A DNA stretch of 62,415 nucleotides, counting the filler, from Kipferlia bialata (lineage: Eukaryota), in NCBI GenBank assembly GCA_003568945.1. It is 5 parts of 5 records of this genome, joined end to end, with 100 filler letters (N's around TTAATTAATTAA, not from the genome) between each part and the next. Parts side by side here need not be neighbours in the genome. Positions count along the whole stretch, not along the records: positions 1 to 13,434 come from BDIP01000945.1; positions 13,535 to 26,946 come from BDIP01000947.1; 3 more parts are not named here. The stretch is one strand, 5' to 3'. Below the pieces are notes generated by a model. That model did no database searches and was not told the DNA's origin. It saw only the letters and a list, made by a program, of their open reading frames with translations. The position numbers and the translations under genes are program-made. Shown in pieces: positions 13,400 to 26,248 of this stretch; positions within the stretch are counted from its first letter, which is position 1, and each line of letters starts with the position of its first letter.

Positions 13400-13434
13400 G
13401 TGAGAAAGTGGTGACTCATGGGTGATTTTCGATA

Positions 13435-13534
13435 NNNNNNNNNNNNNNNNNNNNNNNNNNNNNNNNNNNNNNNNNNNNTTAATTAATTAANNNNNNNNNN
13501 NNNNNNNNNNNNNNNNNNNNNNNNNNNNNNNNNN
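13435..13534. other. Artificial contig-joining linker (44 N + TTAATTAATTAA + 44 N)
   Basis: All-frame-stop 12-mer inside Ns; the same linker recurs four times. Confidence 0.97.
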
Positions 13535-13537
13535 TAC

Positions 13538-13779
13538 TAGAGGTGGATGAAACCGGTCACAAGTGGCTGAATTGTGTCTGAAAATTACTTAAAGTGGATG
13601 AAATCTCAAATTTTTCTTCTCCGGTGGATGAACTGCAATATTTTCTGCTCATAAGTGGATAAAATACGACAATTTCCGCTCTTAAGTGGATGAAATACCG
13701 TAGATTTCCGGTAATAGTAGATGAAATCCCCAAAATTTTCTCTCTCCGTGAGTAGATGAATGATTTCTCTGTGGATGAT
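13538..13779 (+). repeat. Phased array of GTRGATGAA motifs (about 31-bp period), possibly a DNA-transposon terminus with subterminal repeats
   Basis: Motif starts at 13543, 13563, 13594, 13624, 13655, 13686, 13717, 13752, 13771; the array begins TAGAGGTGGATGAAACCGGTC. Confidence 0.75.
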
Positions 13780-13937
13780 TTGTACGAGCGTTTAAACCGT
13801 TTGTTCTCTCAAGCCCTACCTTCTAGCTGCTCTAGAGGCTGGCCCTGTCCTTGTCACTATATCCTCTCTCTCTCTCTGTCTCTCTCTATATATATATGGA
13901 ACAACTTGCTCTCGTCAATATATCATCTTATCCCCAG

Positions 13938-13996
13938 CTGCTCTTGAGGCTGGCCCTGTCCCTGTCACCCAGATGAACATGAGTGGGGCACAGTGA
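13938..13996 (+). CDS. Probable terminal exon (...ALEAGPVPVTQMNMSGAQ*) of a gene truncated by the contig start
   Basis: Acceptor CTTATCCCCAG then an open frame to TGA; flanked by partial echo copies at ~13826, ~14049 and ~14121. Confidence 0.4.
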
Positions 13997-14302
13997 GATG
14001 TAACATGTAGTGAATAGGGGTGTAGAGAGAGAGAGAGAGATTGTCCCAGTCACCCAGATGAACATGAGTGGGGCAATGTGAGATGTATCAATAAGTTAAG
14101 AGAGAGAGAGAGAGAGTGGGAGATGAACATGAGAGGGGCAATTTGAGTGTATGACAGTGTGTTACATGCCATTTTGAGAGGTGTATTGTGACCAGTTATA
14201 CCGATTCAGTGTCACTGCTGATACTGATACTGAGTCTCTGAGAAACGAGGCGCTCCACTTTGGTTAACTACTCTTCTGAAACTACCTGTATTATTCCCCA
14301 AT

Positions 14303-14694
14303 AGAGTCTTGTTACAAGACTCTTGTACGTCACGCATAGTGTCTCTCGTCAGATTGGTGTTTCAAGAGTCTCTGTGTTGTGTATAGTAACTCGTGTTGAA
14401 TGCCCCATACAGTACAGTGAGTAATGTATATATTGAGTTATAACTTATAACTGTATATAGGATAATGCTATATACACTCATTAATTGAATGCTATTAGCA
14501 TTTAGTATGCAAATCAATATACTATTAATCTACTATTATGACCCAAACAGAACACCCCTGCACACACAACTGAGACGAAAATGATAGAGTCATTCGCGAG
14601 ATAGAACGGCCATAACACTAACGCGAAAGATGATAAAGATTACAGGTTTTCTATGGATTCTGTTCAAGGTTTCTATGGACTTAGTCCATAGAAA
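14303..14694. repeat. Single-base-centred inverted repeats upstream of the SPRY gene, including one perfect 7+8+7 footprint motif (14306-14327)
   Basis: GTCTTGT-TACAAGAC-TCTTGTA; AATGCTA-T-TAGCATT (14488-14502); TTTCTATGGACT-T-AGTCCATAGAAA (14670-14694). Confidence 0.85.
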
Positions 14695-15059
14695 GTCCAT
14701 TTGACTATGTTCTAGTGGTTCTGTACTGTCACACAGTTTTCAGCTGTGTGTAATACCCATCCCGTACAGAGTCCTTGTCGTGCAATTGTGCATCGGTGTG
14801 AGTCTGAAACGGTCAACACTAACGTTTCCAACGGAACGTTTGGAGCGTCTCAATCAGATCCTTTAAGGCGAGTACATATGGACCCACTCTCTACCACACA
14901 GACATAAAACGAAGGTAAAAGTAGTCTCCTATTGTGCTATTATGGTCGATATGGTCAAGGATAGGATTAGAAGTCAGAATCATATCCCTTTGGTGCTACA
15001 CATATACACTATTAGCATATTAATGCTATATTCTACTCTATTCTCTACTCACTCCACAG

Positions 15060-15290
15060 ATGTCCACTCTTGACATATCTGCAACTGGCAAGGGCTTTGG
15101 AGGCCTGCTCTCTACATCTGAGGCATGCGGACACGAGGTACTAAGTTATGTTTACTATGGGACATATACACACAAGGTCATTTGTTGTAGTTCTCTCTCT
15201 CTCTCTCAACTCTCCATCTATTTATTGCTGATGTGAATAGTTATATAATGGACGTACATGTTTCTTGACATATGTGGACAATGGGTATAG

Positions 15291-15333
<43 letters not shown>

Positions 15334-17863
15334 TTTCTTTCCCCCCCCCCCCCCCCCCCCCCTCATTCTCTCTCTCACTGTTGCTATTTCTCGTATTTCC
15401 TCTCACTGCCTCTCTGACACACGCCTTATATGTGTCTCCCTCCTATATATGTATGTGTATATGTATGTACATATGTATGTATATATATCCTCGTGCTCAT
15501 CCTCACCTCTAGGGATCAGCTGTCTGATGCCATCCGATCCATGTCTGTCTCATATGGTTACTCACACACACACATATATATATCCATTGTCCATACATAT
15601 TGTATTCTCTTACCCTAGGGATCAGCTGACTGATGCCATCAGGGACAGGACCCTGACACGGGGAGACGGGGTATGTCTATGCACTCCCATATACCTAAAC
15701 TCCATATACTCGTCATTTCGAATGAATAATGGTATGATGAATAATGGTAAGTATCCAACTGTCCGGCAGAGCCCTCCGTCAGAACACACTGTGCGGATAT
15801 CTCAATTTGTGACCTCTCCCATTTATGCATACTATTTGTAGAGTTGCCTTACTTGTCAGGCAGAGCCCTCTGTCAGAACACAGGTCGTGCCACAGCTGCT
15901 TCTCCTAGGTGAGTCTCTCTCTCTCTGTCATTCTCTCTCTCTCTCTCTCTCTCTCGCTAGGCAATGATATCGGCAAATGCTCTTCTCTAATGAGTGCACT
16001 GCGGTGATCAAGCCAGTCTGATAATCAAACTCTCCCCAATGTATTGTTCTCTTGGTGTTCGTACTCTATAGGTACATTTCGGTGGCCCTGGTTTTCTAAT
16101 ATATCCACATTAGTTGTACGTATCTGACTCTCTAGGTGCCTTCCGGTGGTCCACCACTCTCAAGGGTGACCAGTTCACAGTGACAGAGGACCCAACAGTA
16201 GTCACTAAGTCAGTAAGTACGTGTCGTCTTTGTGTCTTATATAGATATAGGTACATATACACTAATACACATATTTTTCACAGTGACAGAGGACCCAGTG
16301 ACAAATGGTGTTAGTGCGTCTATACTTATCTATCTATTGCATACTTGTTCCTCTCTTCCACTCCAGACAACGGCGGGTGGCAGGTTATAGCAGCCGAGGA
16401 GGCCATATGCCCAGCCAACAGGCCATCCTACTTCGAGGTGGGATAGATTAGAGTATATATCAATTACATCTGTAGAGGTCTTATCAGGCGACCCCATATA
16501 CACTTAATATGACTATAATAGTATTTGTTGAATGTATATATATACGAGTGTTTACATCTCTGTATTAACAATAAGGTCACCTTTGATGATCGAGTGAGTG
16601 GTGCCTACATTGGGGTCTGTGCTGAGTCAGGACTGGCAAACATCAACTACCAGACGTAAGGGGTCTCTCTCTCTCCCTACTCGCATATTAACGAGTGCTC
16701 TCTCTCTCTCTCTCTCTCGAAATCTACACCCCCCCCCCTATTACCAGACGTAAGTGCTACCATCCTTTCTATCTCACTCTCTTCTCTTCTGTCTATCACA
16801 CACACACTCTCTCTCTCTGTCTATTCTTATCCATATATCCATCTATATGTGTATGCCTAACTCCAGATACACCTCCTCCCCTGCCTATGTGGACTACTGG
16901 TACTTCAGTGGGGGGAACACATTTGCAATGAGGTAGGGTGGAGATAGTTCTCAGAATGAATATACATTATACCTATGAAGTGCTAGTGTGTCTGCCTCTT
17001 GTGTATATTGCGACATGCATCTATTGCAGTAGATATATCATCACTCTAACCCTAGGAACGGTGGCCAGGCTGTGGAGTCCTGGCAGGCAGGGGACAGGGT
17101 ACGTATATTAATGTATCTATAGATATTACATAGTTCATTCTTGAAATAGATAGTATACTTGCAATATACATCAATTTGAAATGTGCTGGCAGGCAGGGTA
17201 CGGATAGTGTGTTTAGGTTATAGATACAGTATATTGCATCTATACCCTCTCACCCAGGTCGGCATTCTGGTCGACACCCCCAACAACAGAGTCGGGTTCT
17301 GCAGGAATGGAAGGTACCCTATCTCTCTCTCTCTTCTCCTACACCCTTCTTCCACCCATGTGTTGATGCGCTCTCTCTACTACTACTTCTTGTGTCTCCC
17401 CCTCTCACCTCCCACACCTCATGTGGGCCTTTGAGAACACTGAGCTCTCTCACTCTCTCTCTGTCTCTTTCTGTCTATCCCCCCCTTCTATACACTTACA
17501 TAGGTTCCTGATGTGGGCCTTTGAGAACATTGCTGAGAACACTGCCTACAGACCCACAGTGTCATTCAACAGACTCAACACGTTCAGGTATATGCACAGT
17601 AGTAATACATATTTATGTGTCAATACATGTATACACATGCATCAACGAATTCAGCTAAACAGACGTATCCATACATATGGCAGCATTTATTAGTACATAG
17701 TTAGCGTATACATACAACGTTGTATGGATACCTATTACACCAGGTCTCTAGCCGTGGCAGAGTATTTGTATATATATGTAAATTTGTATGTATATATTGG
17801 TATATCCTGTTGTCTTACTCCAGGTCTGTAGCTGTGGCAGAGGACCCATACACGCTAGTGTAG
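15060..17863 (+). CDS. SPRY-domain protein, about 12 small exons (second exon uncertain)
   Basis: Spliced translation MSTLDISATGKGFGG...AFRWSTTLKGDQFTVTED...GGWQVIAAEEAICPANRPSYFE|VTFDDRVSGAYIGVCAE...WQAGDR|VGILVDTPNNRVGFCRNGR|FLMWAFENI..AYRPTVSF...DPYTLV*. YFEV, YIGV, GDRVGILVD, F.RNG and Y.P.VS are SPRY signatures. Confidence 0.85.
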
Positions 17864-18573
17864 GGGTGTATAGACTCTGGTGGAGATTAGTGAGAAGAAC
17901 AGTGTTGTAAGGGGAGACAATCAGAAGAAGAGCTACCATGATAGAGGATATGTAACCACACTAATGAGAGTCAGGCCGTTACTCAATATGTCGCTCACGA
18001 ATATATCGTGTATAATAGAACCTAGCACCTATCTGGGGGTGTTATTGTGGTATGTTTGAACTCATATATATACATCCTCTGGATTAGTAATGTAATCCTT
18101 ATGTCTCGTGACAGCGTGACGTTTTACACTTTATTGACAGCATACTAGATCCACACTATCATGACAATCACAACGAATGTACTCTATTGGACAAATAGTA
18201 TGAAAGAGCTGTTTCTCCTGCCCATTCTATCCATAGGATAGTCAAGAAATATTCTTCCTCAGAATGTTCCTCATCTGGGATACCACTCATGAAGTCAACG
18301 ATAATATACACATGTATGCCAGCCTCTCCGTGTCTCTTTCCATCAATCAAGAGAAACCTCTGGGAAAACATAATTCACTTCTTCGCAAGGGCATGACCTC
18401 TCCCCCTCCTCCCTCCATGAGTCAACGTGTGACTGGTTCTAATGACCATCTCTCCTTAGCCATCAAACGGTCAAGATTCTCTCTCACAGAGCATGCATCC
18501 CAATGTATCCTGATCAGAGAGGCGGCTTGTCCTCTTTGCACACGACTCTTCAGTGACATACGAACAGTCGAAG

Positions 18574-19710
18574 CTAGGGCCCTGATATGTGTGTCTTTGG
18601 GGTGACCGTGACAATGACAGCGCCCTGGAGTGAGATCTCAATATACTACCAATAGGCACTGGTACTAATTCTACTAAACATAGCCATGCAGATACACATA
18701 CAGTAGACAGAGAGATATGGTGACAGTGACAATGACAGTGCCCTGGGGTGAGATGGGACGATATTATATATATAAGCATGAGTGAGGTGTATTCCATACA
18801 GACTCTGTACACATGGGGGGAGATACTCTGTCTATATAGAGATCTATATATATGTATATATATCAGTATATAGCTGTTCCTGCATGGAGTCCTGGGCCCA
18901 CCTCCACTATTGATAGATGTATATGATACTTATGTCTCTGTCTATCAATCCATTCATCCATCCATCCATCTATCCATATCTATACATCTGTCGATACCTG
19001 CATTGAGTCCTGGGCCCACCTCCACTTGAGAGACTCCTGAGGGGTGAGAGGAGGAGTATAGGACTGTTCTGTACATGCGTAGAAATAGAGTTCATGAATC
19101 TACATACCCTAGTCAGGTACCCCATGAGCCATCTCCTAAGCAGGGATGAATGTATGTATATACGTATTCATATGTGAATTAATGAGTACACTTGAGTAAA
19201 CATACCCTCGTCAGGTATCGATCTGTGTATATGGGACATGGATATATATATACATACCCTGGTTAAGTACCCCATCAGCCATCTCCTGAGGGGGGATGTC
19301 TTAGACCTGAGGGGGTGAGAAGAAATCACACACACACATATATATATGAACAAATAGAGTGTTAACACTATATACGTACTTGCTGTGCTTCCCTCTGCCT
19401 GACACCACCTCTAGACATGCACTGCCATCAGGGTGGTCCCTGGACAGGGTGCGCACAAGGGACCTAGCATCAATATAGTATATATCAGTAATATAACAAT
19501 ATCTATATAGTAATATACATATATATATATTATAGTTGTCTCTGGACAGGGTGCGCACAAGGGACCTGACATCAGTATATTGTTAAGTATATAGTATATG
19601 TACTGTATTGTATAATCGGTTTCTCTGGAGAGGGTGCGCACATGATATACACCTGATAGCTGATGTCACCACTGGCTCTGCCTCTGCCACCGTGTATCCA
19701 TGTACTGTCG

Positions 19711-19741
<31 letters not shown>

Positions 19742-20394
19742 CCTCATACCGATATATATGAAAGTGTTATATACCTAATAGCGGCTGTAACTACGGGCTC
19801 TGCCTCTGCCACCGTGTATCCATGCAGGTCCACAGACACAAGGCCAGACTTGGATAGAGCGTCAGACATCCTGAGGGGTGAGGGCGAGTTAACATAATAC
19901 AATGAACAGTCATGACATATGCATAGTCTCATCCAAGAGGTCTGTCAAAATATCCCTACATGATACGTACACACAGACATCTCATACCTAACTCCATATA
20001 TCACACCCTTACCTATACCCCTTTCCAGTCTGACTGGAGAGCTCATATGACTAACTAATTACACATTTACGTTCAGACTATATTGAATATATTCCTCAAT
20101 ACTTCTACACTTGTCTTACCTGTCCCCCTTCCTAGTCTGTCTGGACAGCCCTGCCCTGCCCACAGCCTGGGTGGCACGGCCTAGGCCTGTATTGAGAGGT
20201 ACATTTGCATATGTATATACATATTCATATATATATATAGAGAGAGAGGGTGGCACGGCCCAGGCCTATGTTAGAGGATACTATACATATACTATACAAA
20301 CACTATAATCTATTTGTATATAAATACTGTGCATACATCACTATAGCCCTGCCCACAGCCTGGGTGGCACGGCCCAGGCTTGTAGGAAGAGGTA

Positions 20395-20447
<53 letters not shown>

Positions 20448-23400
20448 GCACGGCCCAGGCCTGGGTGTTAGAGGTATATATATAATATCTACTGAACATG
20501 GGTACCCGAGTGGGTCTCTATACAATAGTGGGTATACATATCCTAATATAATCATATACTCATACATACTCACCTCCTAACGACACCCTCCCGTCTTGAG
20601 CTGTGGCCCATCTCTCCTCGGCAGTCTGTCTGGCAGAGCGGGCTCTGGAGGCTAGGATGAGATAGAGCATCTCTGTAATATTTGTACCATTCCTTAAATA
20701 CTATACAGTATATAGACTGCTGCCTTACCTAGCACCTGTCCCTTCCTCTCAAAGTACTGAGAGGCCTTGGGTGACTCCTCATAGTGCCTGGGGTTAGTAT
20801 GGGGATATTCAACACAAAGTGTATGTATATATAGTCATATACAATTGAGGAAAAGGCATACATATAGATGTAAATGTATGCACTACTCTCTCTATACAAA
20901 CACATACCTGACTAGGTTCATGCACTTGTTGTATGCCTTGGTCAGGGCAAGGGCCTCGGCAAAGATGACACTCCTTGTTATGAGAATGAATATACATGTC
21001 CATATTCAGTTTCTTAGAGACTGATACAATACATATTAATTATGATTAGGACATTAGTCAGAGCAAGGGCCTCAGCAAAGATGACAGACCTGATATATAT
21101 GAGTCATAATTAAATACTATAACATAGTACTATAATACTAGGTACTGTATGACACGAAAAACATACATATGGTACATATATAGTATATGAATGATATCAG
21201 GGCAAGGGCCTAAGGAAAGATGACAGACCTGGTTATAGGGTATAACAATGATAATAATGTGAGAGAGAATAACTATATATGTATATATATATGTACATAT
21301 ATGTACAGGGTCTCGGCAAAGATGACATACACGCACAATGTCAAGGGGGTTCAACTAGAACAATAATTCTGTATTATCTGTCAATCATCAGATTATCCTG
21401 CCTTATCCTGGCAGTTCACTGATCGATACACATAGTGTTTACATGTATGCATACACCATATCTATACTTCTCCTACCTGTCAATCATGAGGTTGTCCTGC
21501 CTAATCCTGGCAGCCAGGTTGGGTGGTAGGGAGCTGGGCAGAGAGGGTAACTCTTGAGAGAGGTACCGAGAGGTACTGCCAATGCCAAACTCTCTCTCCC
21601 TCTCTCTCTCCCTCTGCCTGTCTGCCTTGTTACGCTGGGTCGGGCCATACTCAGGGACAGTCTGATATAAGGATAGTAATATAAGGATGCTTAATGTGTA
21701 CATAACATATATATATGTATGCTGGGTCGGGCCATACTCTGGCACAACAGACTATGGTTAGAGTACTAACATATGAGGTATATATTTATATGAGGAGAGT
21801 AATACATGTGTGTACCTGTATATGTGGTAAGTGTATATATACATATATATATATATGTGTGTGTGTGGGTGTGTTAGTCTGTGTGTGTGGCCATACTCAG
21901 GCACGACGGCCCATGGTCAGAGCAGAAAATACACAGTGTTAGTAGAAAGCAATATGAATAAAATAGAGACGTACTGGTTGGGGCCATACTCTGGCACAAC
22001 GGTCTATAGTTAGAGTGCATATCTAAATATCTTTGTGTATGTATGTATATATATGGGTATAGGTAGATGGGATACATTTTCACTATATATACTATACATA
22101 CCTCAAGGTGGAATGTCTGCCTATATATCCAGAGATCCCTATATATACATGTATACCTATTTATACATAGATCCCAATATATAGTGTACCCACAGAAATA
22201 CGAACTGGGACAAATTAGTCTTCTACATAGAGTACACATACCTCAGGGTGGTGGAATGTCTGCCTCTGCCTGTCTCTCTCCTGTGCCTGTACTAACTCAG
22301 CCTCTCTCTGTCTCTGTGCTTCTCTCTCCCTCTCCATCTCTCTCTCCCGCTCCCACATCTCATTGACCCTTGCAGTGGCTGCCTGACCATCTGAAGGTGA
22401 GGGTATATACATATATTTATATATATATATATGATGATGAGAGACACTTATATTGCTGACCATCTGGGGGTGAGGGCATATGTGCAAAAATATGTCAAGA
22501 CAGAGAGGAAGAATTACAGCAAGAGTATGCATGGAGGCGGTGACATACTAAGCCTGGTGACACTCACCTGCTGCCGTTGCAAATGGATCAACCCCATATC
22601 CAGCCTGATAATGAGACCATAATAGACTCTTGAAGATTGTAGGTTGATGGCGCAATATCACAGAAATATAGTAACAATGAGGGGGTCCCATATACCTGGC
22701 GGATGGCGCTCTTTGAGTTTGCGTACTCCTTCTCTCTCTCTCTCTCCCTTTCCAACTCTCTCTCCCTCTCACGCTGCTGGTAGAACTGTTGGTGAGTGGG
22801 ACTAATTCGTGTTTACACTATAACTATAGTATATATACTTACTCTTTGGGTGAGAGGGACTCATATACCTCGGGGTATTCCTTATATATAGTATATGTAC
22901 ATACCTCCTTTGCCTGCTGTGTCTGCTCCCACTCACTGGGGGCATCCTGAGTGTGAGGTATATGCAAAGATAACAGATATATATATATATATATACACAT
23001 ATATATATACAGATATATAGATATATTCCACACTCACCGGGGGCATCCTTAACATAAGTATACGTAAATATATATACATATATATATGCATACACGGGGG
23101 ACATCCTGGTATGAGGTATAGACAATCACATATGAGTATCTACATACACCCAGAGAGACATTTGTTGATCTTACTTGGTGCATTCAAAAACATACCTCCT
23201 TGAATGTGAATGTCTCCGGCTCTAAGAGATTCACAGAAGGCGGGAGGATGTCATCTGTGAGTGAGGGTAAGACTCCCATGGTGTATATAGAGATATATAT
23301 GTATATACTGCATGAACCTTGACCTTGTGAGGGTAGGACTCACATAGTGTATGACACACATATATACGTAATCGTATAAAATGCATATACCTTCCTCATA

Positions 23401-23984
23401 TGCCTCTCCCTCTGCCAGGCTGAGCATCAGCAGGAAGGACCTGGGGTGGGTGTATACACTTGAGTAAATATATAATATATAATATATATACTATATATAC
23501 ACTACCGTAGCAGGAAGGACCTGGGATGAGCATAATACGTCATATATACATACAGAGAGCATGGGAACAGGTATATATATATGTATATATGACTGAGCAC
23601 CAGCAGGAAGGACCTGGGGTGGGTTCGAATATATATATATAATGAATAGTAATATATGGGACATGAAGGACCAAGGGGTTGGTGCGTATTATGTATATGT
23701 GCAGTATAGGAGCATCCACCTCCCACATATACCTCATCCTCTCTCTCTCTATATATATATGTATCTATATGTATGTACCTAGCCTCCTCCTCTTTCCATA
23801 TGTGGCCATATAGGCACAAATACACATACACACACATATATATATAGATGTGGATGAGTAAACACAATAGTATACATTCACTCATATGCATATATACCTT
23901 GCCTCCTCCTCTGTCTGTGCCGACTGTGCCACATCAAACACAACAGAAGGGTCGATGCTCTGGGATGAGGTACTTAGAATACAT

Positions 23985-24030
<46 letters not shown>

Positions 24031-24123
24031 TTCGTATGATAAACAGCCCAAGACTCGGTACTACGTGGAGATATAGCCAACATACCGTCCGCCATCTCTT
24101 TGTAGCAAGGCAGAGAACAGTGC
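18574..24123 (-). CDS. CUE-like + Smr-domain protein (Cue2/NONU-1/N4BP2-like putative endonuclease); exact start unresolved
   Basis: N-terminal exons (23959-23898, ~23440-23390) give SIDPSVVFDVAQSAQTEEEAR|SFLLMLS (CUE-like). C-terminal exons give VSVDLHGYTVAEA...LEVVSGRGKHS...PLRRWLMGYL...MQ|GAVIVTVTPKTHISGP* (Smr motifs DLHG, xSGRGxHS, G.+.V). Confidence 0.75.
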
Positions 24124-24389
24124 TAGGGTATGAGCACCACAGCAGAGCGTTTCAGAGGTACATGGATACATCGGCGTAGTTTTTCGACGCATTTTCAAAC
24201 TCAGATCACACCATTTCCAAAAAGAACCAAGAACCAAGAAGCATACTAGGCCTAAGTGTTCCTTAATACCACTAGGCCTATACAACCACTTCAAAGACGT
24301 TCAATTCACGATTTACTTCACAAATACAGATTACAACACATCAATCCTATCATACACTAATCATACAATTCCTCTCCCTCTCCCTAGTC

Positions 24390-24422
<33 letters not shown>

Positions 24423-24424
<2 letters not shown>

Positions 24425-26248
24425 ACATTGCCATACACGAGTCGGGCCTCGGTATGCACTTGCACCTCTCATTGATCAGTCTCTCCCTAAGCTCGGCCTC
24501 TCTCGCCTGACTGTAAGCGCTCTCCTAGCTATATAATAATAAAATAATCTACATAAGTGTAGAGAGTTTGACAGAAGGAGAGATATATACTGCCTGTGTT
24601 GCCACAGGCTCCTCTTCCAATGTAAGTGATGTATGTTTGTATATACATACATATACCAATATACATACCTATATAAGTATATAAAAGATACTATATTCTT
24701 AACATGACATATTACCTGTGATGCTGCAAGATCCTCTTCCAGCGTGGCCTTGATCCTCTCCAGCTGAGGGTGAGTATAAACATGAACAGAGACATAGAGA
24801 AAGAGAGAGAGAAAGACAGTGTGCTTGAGACAGAGAGAAGCAGTGGGGGATTGAGCGAGAGTTGTATTGATCCTCTCCAGCTGAGAGTCAGATACCTACA
24901 TATTCATTCATCATACATATGGAGTATATTACTACCCATACCTTCCGTGTCTTGTTCCTCTCCTGTGACAGCAGTTCAGACAGGTTCTCCTGCTCAGCCT
25001 GGGCTATGACCCTGCGAGATAAGAAGGATACTTGATATACTGTGGTATATATGTATACATATATACCGATAGATAGATACATGGAGTTCACTGCGACCCA
25101 TGAAATATAGATTAGACTCTAGTATAACAGGTATATTCAAATAGTACCTTCTAGTGTTCAGCTTCTCATCCAACTCCCCAATACGGAGGGCTCTCTCCTA
25201 CAGTGAGGACAGAGGGAGTGGGAGAGGGAGAGGGAAGGGGAGAGAGAGAGCAAGGGCTGAGTAGTTGCAGCGACATAAAGAGGCTGACCCACCATATGAG
25301 TGCAAATAGAAGCTACACGAGACACACAGAGGGGTTTTGAATGGGATCTGACCTCCAAGTAGTATATCCAATGAAACATTCATCCTGTCTATACACGCTA
25401 CATATACCGTATGCACACCTCCAGGTCCTGAGACTGTATGTACAGGGTCTCACTCAATCTGGGTATATATATCTATATATCATTATATTATACTCTCTCC
25501 CTATATGTATATACATGTATATACCTCTAAGTCCTGAGACTGTATGGACAGGGTCTCAGTCAGTCTGGTGTTGGTGTCAGTCAGTTCACTCAACTCCTCT
25601 CTCAGTTGGCCTGGGATCAATGACAGAGGAGAGGTGGATAGTATAGATAGAGAGAGAGACTCAACGGAGAGGGAAGAGAAGACATTATAACGCACGGAGA
25701 GAGGTGGATAGCAGAACAGAGACAGAGAGTTCTCTCAGATGACCATGGCGATATTAGACATCGATAGAGAGAGAGATAGAGACAGAGAGAGAGAGGGAGA
25801 GAGACTCAACTCCAACAATTGGTCTGAGTCCAGGATGTACATACTCACCTATACCATCTCTCTGCCCTTGTCCATATGTATATATATATATACATTTGCC
25901 ATAATCCCACTATAATACTAACCATGAGAGTACAAAGAGACTATACTCACCCATCTGAGCCATCTCCTCTGCCCGTGTCCACATCTGGGAGCCCTCTCTC
26001 CGCATGCCTCTACCCTAGAGGTTAGAGAGGTATATACTAACACATGCAAATACAGGCGTAGACTGGGGAAACTAGGGTACTGACAAGTCACTGTAATAGT
26101 AACACCCACCACAATACTCACCCTTCTCTCCATAGTCCCTGGTAGTGGGGATGTCGAGAACCGGTTCATCTCTCTCTCTGTCTCTCTCTGTCTCTCTCTC
26201 CCTCTTTTTGTCTCTGTCTCTGACTCCAAGTCTACTCTCTCAATAACC
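24423..26248 (-). CDS. Coiled-coil protein ending in a CaaX motif (CMAM); 5' end unresolved
   Basis: In-phase exons ...QLREELSELTDTNTRLTETLSIQSQDLE|ERALRIGELDEKLNTRR|VIAQAEQENLSELLSQERNKTRK|LERIKATLEEDLAASQ|ESAYSQAREAELRERLINERCKCIPRPDSCMAM*. Confidence 0.65.

Noticed and set aside
13479..13490. TTAATTAATTAA palindrome recurring every ~13.5 kb
   Set aside because: Artificial linker inside Ns; contig lengths fall monotonically (at least 13434, then 13412, 13395, 13394), indicating size-sorted concatenation.
13543..13779. CRISPR-like or telomeric array
   Set aside because: The conserved core is only 9 bp with ~22-bp spacers; this is neither CRISPR geometry nor a telomeric tandem repeat.
20809..21354. 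Cys/His-rich 'CHLCRGPCP' repeats suggesting zinc fingers
   Set aside because: Wrong frame; the spliced frame reads VIFAEALALTKAYNKCMNLVR, and the repeats are exon echoes.
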